Of a stretch of DNA of 64,000 nucleotides, positions 56,098 through 64,000 are shown piece by piece. This DNA is from a virus. Taxonomy: Duplodnaviria > Heunggongvirae > Uroviricota > Caudoviricetes. The position numbers were made by a program, and so were the translations under genes. Every line of letters starts with the position of its first letter. The first letter of the stretch is position 1. Location: IMG/VR virus record IMGVR_UViG_3300022918_000010; one strand, 5' to 3'. The notes beneath the pieces were generated by a model, which did not search any database, was not told the origin of the DNA, and worked only from the letters and a program-made list of their open reading frames with translations.

Positions 56098-58062
56098 ATG
56101 AATAAGAATTGGATAGTAGATTTTGAAACTATGGTCAATTGTACTATATTATGTGCAGAAGATTATAAGACTGATGAAAGACATGAGTTTGTAATTAATA
56201 GGGATAGAAATGATATAGCTAAATTAATAGATTTTCTAGAGCAGAATATTACTAATGTAGAATGGCATATAAGTTTTAATGGTTTAGCATTTGACGGTCA
56301 GGTAACTCACCATATTCTAAAGAATAAGTGGAGATATCTTAAGATGGATTCAGAAAGATTATCTGCTGATATACAAAGATTTGCTGGAGGTGTAATTGAA
56401 AAGATTAATAAAGGTGAATTTCCACCCTATTACTTTGCTAATTTCAAACATAGACATATAGATTTATTTAAGCAGAATCACTGGGATAACAAAGCTAAAA
56501 AGACTAGTCTTAAATGGGCAGAGTATTCTATGGATTGGTATAACATTGAAGAGATGCCTATTCATTATACAACAAGAATAGAAAATGATGAAGATTTACA
56601 AACTGTAATAGATTATTGTTGGAATGATGTAGGTGCTACTAAGAGGATATATGAATATTCTAAAGGAGGAATTGAGTTAAGAGCTAAATTGTCTGAACTT
56701 TATGATTTAGATTTATATTCTGCTTCAGAGACGGCTATTAGTAAAGCTATATTAGGTCCTAAGTTATCTTCTGCAATGAATATGGATCTTAAAGAATTTA
56801 AAGCTTTAAGAACTCCAAGATATAATGTATTAGGTAGAGATATTATATTAGATTATGTGGACTTCAAAACTATGAAGTTTGAAGCTGTTAAAACCTGGGT
56901 TGAGAATCTTAATATAGATTTTCATACTAAGATGACTAAAGAGCAACGTAAGAAATTATATACATATAACTTTGAATATAAAGGTGCTAAAACTAAATTT
57001 GCATTAGGAGGAATACATGGTGCTGCTCCTACAGGAATATATGAATCTGGTAACGGTAAGGTTATTAAATCTGCTGATGTTACTAGTTTTTATCCTAATC
57101 TTATTATGCAGAATAATTGGTCTCCTGCACACATTCCACCTGAGATATTTATACCTGAGTACAGATTCTTTTATACAGAGAGACAGCTTATTCCTAAGAA
57201 AGATCCAATTAACTATACATATAAGATTATATTAAATGCTACTTATGGATTAAGTAATGAAGCAAACTCATTTATGTTTGATCCAGAATTAACTATGAAG
57301 ATTACTCTTAATGGTCAATTATTACTAGCTATGTTATATGAAATGCTTGGGGAAAGAATTCCAGGTATTCAACCATTAATGCAGAATACAGATGGTTTAG
57401 AAATGATGTTTGATGAGAAATATACTGATCTATATATGGAAATATGTAATGAATGGTGTAAGCTTACTAAACTAGAACTAGAGTATGCTGATTATACCAA
57501 AATGATCATAGGTGACGTAAATAGTTATATTGCTGTAGATACTAATGGAAATGTTAAATCTAAAGGTAGATATGAATGGGAAGATCAAGATAAAAAGAAA
57601 GTAGGTTATTTTCATAAAAATAAATCCTTTTTAATTATACCTAAAGCTATTCATGAGTATTTTATTAATGGTACATTACCAGAAGATTATTTAGAATCAA
57701 ACAAAAATATATTTGATTACTGTGCTGGAGTTAAAGTTGATGGCAGATTTAGATTATATGAAAAGTATATTGAAGATGGAGAAGTAATAGAAAGAGATCT
57801 TAATAAGATTGTACGTTATTACATCTCTAAAGAAGGTAATAAATTACTTAAATATAATAAGATATCTGGAACAACAAGTCAATTAGAGGCAGGTAAATGG
57901 ATGCAGATTGAATGTAATAAGATTGATGTTAATAAAAAGTTTGAAGACTATCCTATAGATAAAGAATATTACTTAGAGAAGATATATAATGAGATTTATA
58001 ATCTTGAAAATAGAGTTGAAGAAGTTATAAAAGAAGGAACACAACAATTAGAATTATTTTAA
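56098..58062 (+). CDS. family B DNA polymerase with 3'-5' exonuclease domain
   Basis: Exo I VDFET, Exo II FNGLAFD, Exo III YCWND; pol motif A DVTSFYPNL, motif B KIILNATYG, motif C region QNTDGL (noncanonical), KxY-like KSKGRY. Confidence 0.7.
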   Translation: MNKNWIVDFETMVNCTILCAEDYKTDERHEFVINRDRNDIAKLIDFLEQNITNVEWHISFNGLAFDGQVTHHILKNKWRYLKMDSERLSADIQRFAGGVIEKINKGEFPPYYFANFKHRHIDLFKQNHWDNKAKKTSLKWAEYSMDWYNIEEMPIHYTTRIENDEDLQTVIDYCWNDVGATKRIYEYSKGGIELRAKLSELYDLDLYSASETAISKAILGPKLSSAMNMDLKEFKALRTPRYNVLGRDIILDYVDFKTMKFEAVKTWVENLNIDFHTKMTKEQRKKLYTYNFEYKGAKTKFALGGIHGAAPTGIYESGNGKVIKSADVTSFYPNLIMQNNWSPAHIPPEIFIPEYRFFYTERQLIPKKDPINYTYKIILNATYGLSNEANSFMFDPELTMKITLNGQLLLAMLYEMLGERIPGIQPLMQNTDGLEMMFDEKYTDLYMEICNEWCKLTKLELEYADYTKMIIGDVNSYIAVDTNGNVKSKGRYEWEDQDKKKVGYFHKNKSFLIIPKAIHEYFINGTLPEDYLESNKNIFDYCAGVKVDGRFRLYEKYIEDGEVIERDLNKIVRYYISKEGNKLLKYNKISGTTSQLEAGKWMQIECNKIDVNKKFEDYPIDKEYYLEKIYNEIYNLENRVEEVIKEGTQQLELF

Positions 58063-58063
58063 A

Positions 58064-58873
58064 ATGCCAATAAAAATAGAATACAAAACAGAACAAGAGA
58101 TTAAGGATATCAAAGTGACAGGTCTTGTCTCTTATTCTGATGTAATTGATGAAACATATAGATTATTAGAAGAAAAGAATTTAAGAGTTAAATATGTAAT
58201 ATACAAACCTAGTAGTAATGGAGATACAGTAACTGCAACATTTATTTTAGATGATGGTATAAATTCTGATCCAGATATATTTATGAGTCTTACTTGGACA
58301 CATAGTTATCATAAAGCTATCAGATTTCAATGTAATAGCTCAGCAACTACTACAGATGGATTAATAGTTGTAAAAGGTGTACAAACTCCAGTTACAAAAG
58401 CTAGAAGATCATCTGATGCAATTAAATATAAAGATGAAATATTTTCTGATCTACAATTAGAAATATCATATATATTTAATAGTTTTAATGAAATCATTAA
58501 ATTTAAAGATACACTTAAAGGTTCTGTAGCTAATTTAGAAGTAGCTGCTATTAGTTTAGGTATATTGTATGTACAGTTTAATATTTTAACTACATCTCAA
58601 GCATCTGTAATAAAAGATTGGTTATTAACTAATACTATAGAAACAGGTTGGGATATATATAAATCTTTTGCTGAAGGATTGAGAGACTCACATCCTAAAC
58701 AATTTATGAATGATCATATTGATAGTTATTTATTCTTTCAAGATAGTTTCTCTGAAGAAATTAAACCAAAAGAGTTATATTTACCAAATGAAACACCTAA
58801 ATCAGTTAATCAAGAACTAATAGATGATCATGATTTTGTATCAAAAATACCAAGTGTAATATTTATTTCATGA
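58064..58873 (+). CDS. hypothetical protein
   Basis: ORF track. Confidence 0.5.
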   Translation: MPIKIEYKTEQEIKDIKVTGLVSYSDVIDETYRLLEEKNLRVKYVIYKPSSNGDTVTATFILDDGINSDPDIFMSLTWTHSYHKAIRFQCNSSATTTDGLIVVKGVQTPVTKARRSSDAIKYKDEIFSDLQLEISYIFNSFNEIIKFKDTLKGSVANLEVAAISLGILYVQFNILTTSQASVIKDWLLTNTIETGWDIYKSFAEGLRDSHPKQFMNDHIDSYLFFQDSFSEEIKPKELYLPNETPKSVNQELIDDHDFVSKIPSVIFIS

Positions 58874-58874
58874 G

Positions 58875-59108
58875 ATGAAACGTTATAAATGTAATTTGAC
58901 GGGTAAAACTACTTTTGAATCAGTTTCTGAAGCTAAAGACTCAATGTTTGGATTTGGTTTCAGGAACTGGGACCCTGTCACATTACAACGTAGAAATAGA
59001 CGGATTAAAAAGAAAGAACAAAAAAGAGTTTACTTTTGTGAAGGATGTCAAGGATATCACTTAACAAGTCAAGAATATTATTCAGAAGACTATAAACGTA
59101 AAAAATGA
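58875..59108 (+). CDS. small basic zinc-ribbon-like protein
   Basis: CNLTG...CEGCQGYH. Confidence 0.45.
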   Translation: MKRYKCNLTGKTTFESVSEAKDSMFGFGFRNWDPVTLQRRNRRIKKKEQKRVYFCEGCQGYHLTSQEYYSEDYKRKK

Positions 59109-59515
59109 AAGATCAATTAAATAAAATTGAACAATTCCATACATCATTTGGTGTAAAAAATGGTGAATCACCTTCTAATATTGATGAGATAGATTATCTA
59201 TTAAGATATGATCTTATGAAAGAAGAAAATGATGAATATTTAAAAGCTTGTCAGGAAGATGATTTAGTAGAAATAGCAGATGCTCTAGGGGATAAGTTAG
59301 TTATCTTATGTGGAACTATATTAAAACATGGTATGCAGAATATTATTGAAGATGTATTCGCTGCAATACATGATAATAATATGTCTAAGTTAGATGAAAA
59401 TGGTAAACCTATTATTAATGGTGAAAATGGAATACTTGATACTAAAAGACCATTAGGTAAAATACTTAAACCATCTACTTATAGACCAGTAGATATTACT
59501 CATTTAGTTAAATAA
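59105..59515 (+). CDS. MazG-like nucleotide pyrophosphohydrolase
   Basis: EENDEYLKA...DDLVEIADALGDKLVILCG matches the MazG all-alpha EExxE...DxxD pattern. Confidence 0.55.
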   Translation: MKDQLNKIEQFHTSFGVKNGESPSNIDEIDYLLRYDLMKEENDEYLKACQEDDLVEIADALGDKLVILCGTILKHGMQNIIEDVFAAIHDNNMSKLDENGKPIINGENGILDTKRPLGKILKPSTYRPVDITHLVK

Positions 59516-59718
59516 TGAAACAATATAGATTTTTCTATCATTATAGAAGATCTGATAAAAAGATGAGTGTTCATTTTAGAGGTAGTTGTTATTCTACAGA
59601 AAATGTAGATTGTAAAGTACCTTGTCAAACTAAAAGAAATAAAATACAACCATATCTTGTGTTACAAGGTTATTGTACAGAGTTAGAACAAAAAGATAAT
59701 ATAATTATAATCAAATAA
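59515..59718 (+). CDS. hypothetical Cys-rich small protein
   Basis: ORF track. Confidence 0.4.
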   Translation: MKQYRFFYHYRRSDKKMSVHFRGSCYSTENVDCKVPCQTKRNKIQPYLVLQGYCTELEQKDNIIIIK

Positions 59719-59720
59719 TC

Positions 59721-59921
59721 ATGACTGAGAAAAAAGAAGATCATAAAGAGAAAGAGATTAAAACTCATAAAGAGGATAAGAAACCAGAAAAGAAACAAAG
59801 TCTAGCAGATAAGGTCGGTGTAGATCAAAAAGTTGTTGATTTTGTTAAAGATTTTTTAAAGACTGATGATGAAGTTATTTTAGAACATCACATTAGAGGT
59901 CATTATGAAACTAAAAACTAA
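59721..59921 (+). CDS. hypothetical Lys/Glu-rich small protein
   Basis: ORF track. Confidence 0.4.
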   Translation: MTEKKEDHKEKEIKTHKEDKKPEKKQSLADKVGVDQKVVDFVKDFLKTDDEVILEHHIRGHYETKN

Positions 59922-60602
59922 TTGAAGAATACAGTAGAACTTATAGGTTTTTATGGATCTGATACTGTTATTGCAAGTTCAGCTTGGACTAGTACTAGTA
60001 GAAAATTATCAGAAGAGAAGAAAGCTAGGATACCTAAGCTTATTAATCAGTTATGGAAAGATGGGCATGAAACTCCATTCGAAAAGGGTGTTGTTCACTT
60101 TCTTGTAGATACAGATATTGCATCCCATATACATTTATTAAAACATAGAATATCATCATTTAATGGTGAATCTGCTAGATATAAAGAGTTAAAAGAGGAT
60201 AAGACATATTCACCTGAAGATTGGATAGGAATCGAATTTGATATTGATAAATTTAACTCTTATACAGTTAATTTCTTACATGGTTATGAAACTTGGACAC
60301 AAGTTTTAGAAAGATATAACGAATTAGGTAATGAATTATATCATCAAGCTTTAGAAGATATTACTCCTGTATTAGGAAGAAAAAGAGCTAAAGAATCTGC
60401 TAGATATTTTAAAACATATGCTTCACAGATACAGGGTGATGTTAGTTTTAATATGAGATCTTTTGCTAATTTCATTAAGTTACGTAATTCTCCACATGCT
60501 CAATTAGAGATAAGAGAAGTTGCTGCTGAAATGTTAAAGTTAGTTAAAGAAATACCAGGGAATCCATTTGAACATACATTAAAAGCCTGGGAAGATGAAT
60601 AA
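59922..60602 (+). CDS. thyX: flavin-dependent thymidylate synthase ThyX-like
   Basis: ThyX signature (R/K)HR-x7-S-xRY present as KHRISSFNGESARY; N-terminal SAWTSTSRK substrate-loop-like. Confidence 0.65.
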   Translation: MKNTVELIGFYGSDTVIASSAWTSTSRKLSEEKKARIPKLINQLWKDGHETPFEKGVVHFLVDTDIASHIHLLKHRISSFNGESARYKELKEDKTYSPEDWIGIEFDIDKFNSYTVNFLHGYETWTQVLERYNELGNELYHQALEDITPVLGRKRAKESARYFKTYASQIQGDVSFNMRSFANFIKLRNSPHAQLEIREVAAEMLKLVKEIPGNPFEHTLKAWEDE

Positions 60603-60753
60603 TATATATAAAGTAAAAGTAAAAACACCTCTTTTACGTCCTGGTCTAGAAATAGAAACAGAATGTTCAGAAAAATATTTAGTAGATGTTACCAAAACAT
60701 TATTAGAAAAAGTAAGAGAAATAAATACTAAAGATGAACAGAAAGAGGTTTAA
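60595..60753 (+). CDS. unlisted 52-aa ORF bridging the ThyX gene and the next gene
   Basis: ATG inside the GAAGATGAATAA stop region of ThyX; its 3' end overlaps ATG 60734. Same coupling architecture as neighbouring genes, but below the track size cutoff. Confidence 0.4.
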   Translation: MNNIYKVKVKTPLLRPGLEIETECSEKYLVDVTKTLLEKVREINTKDEQKEV

Positions 60754-61063
60754 CCATATTATAGAACACAGAGTTGAGAAATCAATTGGTGTGTTTAAAT
60801 CAAAGAATGATGAGTATGCTTCTGAAGAAGAAGTATTTGCTAATTTTAAACAAGGTGTAGGTATATCATATAATAATACTCCAGAGAAATATGCTTGGGA
60901 GCTATTATCAAAACATCTTCAATCTATAAAAGATATATTATCTTCTTTAGAGAAAGGGATTAAACCATCTGTATCATTAATTGATGAAAAGATGAATGAT
61001 GCACATAATTACTTATACCTTATAGAAGGTATGATTACAGAAAAAATAGAGAATGACACATAA
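60734..61063 (+). CDS. hypothetical protein
   Basis: ORF track. Confidence 0.5.
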   Translation: MNRKRFNHIIEHRVEKSIGVFKSKNDEYASEEEVFANFKQGVGISYNNTPEKYAWELLSKHLQSIKDILSSLEKGIKPSVSLIDEKMNDAHNYLYLIEGMITEKIENDT

Positions 61064-61343
61064 AAAACAAGCAATAGTACTTAGCTATGTATATAGCAGT
61101 CTATTAATAAAAAATTTAGAGGTAGCTGTTCATGAAGCTAGAGTTAGTAAAGATCCTGATGTAAAGAAAATGGCAGACAAGTTAAAAAAGCTACAGGATC
61201 AAACTATAACAACAATGATCTTTCTTAATAAGAAAATGATTAAAGATGGAGTTGATATGAATGCTGTAGAAGAAGAACTTGATACCATTATGGATGAAGG
61301 TTGGGTTAATATAGAAACAAATGAAGAAAGCACTATATCTTGA
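61053..61343 (+). CDS. hypothetical protein
   Basis: ORF track. Confidence 0.5.
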   Translation: MTHKKQAIVLSYVYSSLLIKNLEVAVHEARVSKDPDVKKMADKLKKLQDQTITTMIFLNKKMIKDGVDMNAVEEELDTIMDEGWVNIETNEESTIS

Positions 61344-61749
61344 TGACGTAAGAACACCTATAGAAACTATACCAGAATATGATGAATGGATTATTGTAAG
61401 GAGTTATAATGAGTTTGTTCAATATATTACTGATAATGGTATGCCTGATCTTATATCATATGATCATGACTTAGCTGATGAACATATGGATGACTATTAT
61501 GAGCAATTCAGAAAGTTTGGTAGACAACTACCAGCATATGATTTATATAAAGAAAAGACAGGATTAGATTGTGCTAAATATGTATGTGAGTTACATCAGG
61601 ATAATCCAGATATGAACTTCCCTAGATCATTAGTACATTCATTTAATCCTGTAGGAACTAGTAATATAGTTGGTTATATTAATGGTTATATAAAACATGC
61701 TAAACTTGATTCTTTCTGTTATGAACAAATAACTAAATTTGAATCATGA
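61321..61749 (+). CDS. hypothetical protein
   Basis: ORF track. Confidence 0.5.
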   Translation: MKKALYLDDVRTPIETIPEYDEWIIVRSYNEFVQYITDNGMPDLISYDHDLADEHMDDYYEQFRKFGRQLPAYDLYKEKTGLDCAKYVCELHQDNPDMNFPRSLVHSFNPVGTSNIVGYINGYIKHAKLDSFCYEQITKFES

Positions 61750-61928
61750 AGGCACACCATTTAAAAATAGATTTCTTAAGTCCTTTTCAAATACTTTTAG
61801 GAATTAACTTTCGTAGAGGTTATGAGATAATGGAGAAAGAAGATTCTTCAGATATAAAGATGATGACTACAGATATCCAAATAGGATTATTATTTATCTT
61901 ATTTACATATACACTATATGAGTTATAA
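61746..61928 (+). CDS. small membrane protein
   Basis: C-terminal hydrophobic IGLLFILFTYTLY. Confidence 0.4.
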   Translation: MKAHHLKIDFLSPFQILLGINFRRGYEIMEKEDSSDIKMMTTDIQIGLLFILFTYTLYEL

Positions 61929-61933
61929 AAGAG

Positions 61934-61960
61934 TGGGGGAGTTAATCCCCCATTTTTATT
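61934..61960. terminator. bidirectional rho-independent terminator between convergent genes
   Basis: TGGGGGA-GTTAA-TCCCCCA perfect 7-bp stem, flanked by T-runs on both strands. Confidence 0.7.
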
Positions 61961-63968
61961 TAATATAAAATGATTTAACAGTCTCAAATGAATCCCATCT
62001 GTTGAGCATAGCTAATGCTGGAATAACATCTTTAAGTTCTTTCCAAGCTTTTAAATCACCTTTATGAACACCTTTTTCATAATAGTTCTTATCATAAGGA
62101 GGAATAGGTAGTTTCAATGCAGATAATAATACATCACCAAAATCTTTAGCTGTACCTAATACTGCTATAGGAGATTTAGCCAATTGAAATTGTTCTTGTA
62201 AACCAAATATAGGAACCAGAGTAAGTAATTCTTTTGCTTGTCTTGATTGTTGATATTGTAAGAAGTTCATAAATCTTTTAAGTTCTTCATCTTCATCAGG
62301 AACACCTGCACCTACTAAAGCTACTATATTATACATTGCTATTGAAGACATAAGAAATCCAAGTTCAGCCATATTTTTTCTCATATTAGCTATCTGCATA
62401 TCATCCATATTTGCCCAACCAGATTTAATTCTATCATATATAGCACCCTCTGATTGAGCTATATATTTAATTAGACTCCATACAGTAAGATATCTCCCTT
62501 CAAGTTCACCTAAGTTCTGATCCATATATCTAGATTTAAATCTATTTTTATATGAAGGATAAACCCATTTATGAAACTGAGCTGCTAGTGAACCTATCCA
62601 ATGTTCTTGAATAACCATTCTATCACCAAAAGCATAGTTACCATGTATCTTTTTATTTACTTCATATATATAATTGGTTTGTTTATGTCTTTCTTCATCT
62701 AACAACGTATATCCAGGTTTTAATTTAAGTTGATTAGTATTAGGATTAAATTCATATGCATCATATATAGATTCAGTTTCTCCTGTAATAGAGTTAGTTA
62801 GCTGTTTATCCATAAGTATTGCAATACCAGTCTTAGATTGTACATTATACTCACCTCCTTCTTGTATGATATATGCCCAAGATAATGGATCTACTCTACC
62901 TGAATCTTGTTGATTTTTTCTTACAATTCTAAACTTTTCTACTAAAGCTTCATATTTAGATCCATTTTTTTCTTCAGCATATGATCCTGGATTACGTCCT
63001 ACTTTTCCTAACCAACCTGGAACTAATTCTTTATTAAAAGCTATATTAGCTCTAGTAGATGATTTCCATGTATAGTGATGATTACCTGCTGCTTCTACAG
63101 CATTGTTAATCCTACCCATTACATAGTTATTTACACCACCAAATACGTTGAAACCAATACCTTTTAAAGACGTAAGTTGCTGAAGTCGTTGAGCTACCAT
63201 TGCCATTGTAGTCTTATTAAACTCTTCATCAGCATAGAATACCATCTTCATATACTTACGTACTCTACGGGCAGCTAATGATTCCTTATCCTGTTGTAAT
63301 ACAGAACCACCACCTATTTTCTTTAATAGCTTTTGTCCTGTTGAATCTGTTTTAATATAAGTTCTATCTTCAACTACACGTTGGATAGCTTTAATATCAG
63401 CTTCCACATTACTCATAGCTTCAAAGTTCTCAGCCATAGCTCTGAATGCAATTAAGTTGTTTACTAAATCACCTTCAAGTTCACTAGAAGATACTTTACC
63501 CTCTTCTATTCTTAACCAATTAGTTAGATCTTTCTTTTGAGCTAAGTATTCTTTTTGGGATACTTTTTTGGACAGCTTATCAGCATTAAGTTTAGTAATC
63601 TTGTCTTTAATATTTTGTACTGATTTTTCTGATTGTAGTTTACCAACATACATAATTGGCACTGATTCTGCAATTTGTCCTTTTTCATCTACTATACGTT
63701 GATTAGTATAAACATCAGCTGTAAAAAAGTTTCTCATTTTCTTAGATACTGCTTCATAGAAACCTGATCCATTTTTAGTCATTGCTTCTATAAAAGATGA
63801 TCTAATACGACCTACTTTACCATTCATAGATCTTTGTACATCTGGTGGGAGTTTTTCTAAAGTAGTATCCATTTCATTAGTCCAACCTTTATAGAATTCA
63901 GATTGAGCTCTTTCCACTGGAGAACTAGGATTGCTAAGTTTTACATATTTAGGATCTCTTAGATCCAT
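61956..63968 (-). CDS. large hypothetical protein (670 aa), possibly a virion/structural protein
   Basis: long minus-strand ORF starting a new gene block; no motif recognised; internal hydrophobic segment. Confidence 0.55.
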   Translation of the reverse strand: MDLRDPKYVKLSNPSSPVERAQSEFYKGWTNEMDTTLEKLPPDVQRSMNGKVGRIRSSFIEAMTKNGSGFYEAVSKKMRNFFTADVYTNQRIVDEKGQIAESVPIMYVGKLQSEKSVQNIKDKITKLNADKLSKKVSQKEYLAQKKDLTNWLRIEEGKVSSSELEGDLVNNLIAFRAMAENFEAMSNVEADIKAIQRVVEDRTYIKTDSTGQKLLKKIGGGSVLQQDKESLAARRVRKYMKMVFYADEEFNKTTMAMVAQRLQQLTSLKGIGFNVFGGVNNYVMGRINNAVEAAGNHHYTWKSSTRANIAFNKELVPGWLGKVGRNPGSYAEEKNGSKYEALVEKFRIVRKNQQDSGRVDPLSWAYIIQEGGEYNVQSKTGIAILMDKQLTNSITGETESIYDAYEFNPNTNQLKLKPGYTLLDEERHKQTNYIYEVNKKIHGNYAFGDRMVIQEHWIGSLAAQFHKWVYPSYKNRFKSRYMDQNLGELEGRYLTVWSLIKYIAQSEGAIYDRIKSGWANMDDMQIANMRKNMAELGFLMSSIAMYNIVALVGAGVPDEDEELKRFMNFLQYQQSRQAKELLTLVPIFGLQEQFQLAKSPIAVLGTAKDFGDVLLSALKLPIPPYDKNYYEKGVHKGDLKAWKELKDVIPALAMLNRWDSFETVKSFYIK

Positions 63969-64000
63969 ACCATTTCTAGCAACATCTCTAATTTCTACAT

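Noticed and set aside
10827-57235. Same-strand nested ORFs 10827-11009, 15515-15784 and 57017-57235
   Set aside because: They are alternative-frame ORFs inside the SPFH gene, gene 15424-15825 and the polB gene respectively. They give low-complexity translations and have no independent support.
1-64000. CRISPR arrays, rRNA genes, integrase/transposase/IS elements
   Set aside because: No regularly spaced direct repeats with unique spacers were seen. No large recombinase-like ORFs or terminal inverted repeats were recognised. No rRNA-like conserved tracts were present.

Overview
This window reads as a 64-kb stretch of a large tailed dsDNA bacteriophage genome, either a virion genome or a prophage interior. 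It is AT-rich and almost entirely coding. About 130 genes run on the + strand with overlapping stop/start codons (ATGA or TAATG style), and Shine-Dalgarno sequences are essentially absent. Four intergenic sites match the Bacteroidota -7 promoter consensus TAnnTTTG. I therefore infer a Bacteroidota (Flavobacteriia/Bacteroidia-like) host. I found no integrase, transposase, rRNA or CRISPR. Recognisable content:
(i) A very large tandem expansion of small (80-120 aa) paralogous proteins in three related families, defined by conserved C-terminal helices ...ARKIIYxD, ...IRKWLYD and ...NLDKLExKY. Each gene's last codons contain the next gene's ATG.
(ii) Two paralogous MoxR-like AAA+ ATPase / von Willebrand A gene pairs. 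Also an SPFH (band-7) protein with a small membrane partner, and two further AAA ATPases.
(iii) A DNA replication module: DnaA C-domain-like protein, DnaB-like helicase, Sak4/AAA_24-like ATPase, toprim primase, SF2 helicase, PD-(D/E)xK nuclease, family B DNA polymerase, GIY-YIG and HNH nucleases.
(iv) Nucleotide-metabolism or modification genes: UNG-family uracil-DNA glycosylase, ThyX-like enzyme, MazG, Nudix, metallophosphatase, a MoCo-carrier/SLOG domain protein, ATP-grasp-like protein.
(v) A six-gene lysis block on the opposite strand, comprising a TIGR02594 CHAP-like hydrolase, two holin-like proteins, a lipoprotein and a membrane protein. A second membrane-anchored glucosaminidase lies on the + strand.
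(vi) One tRNA-like gene with an encoded CCA, nine rho-independent terminators, and one long-range hairpin.
All functional calls rest on motifs read by eye from the ORF translations. No database search or computation was run.
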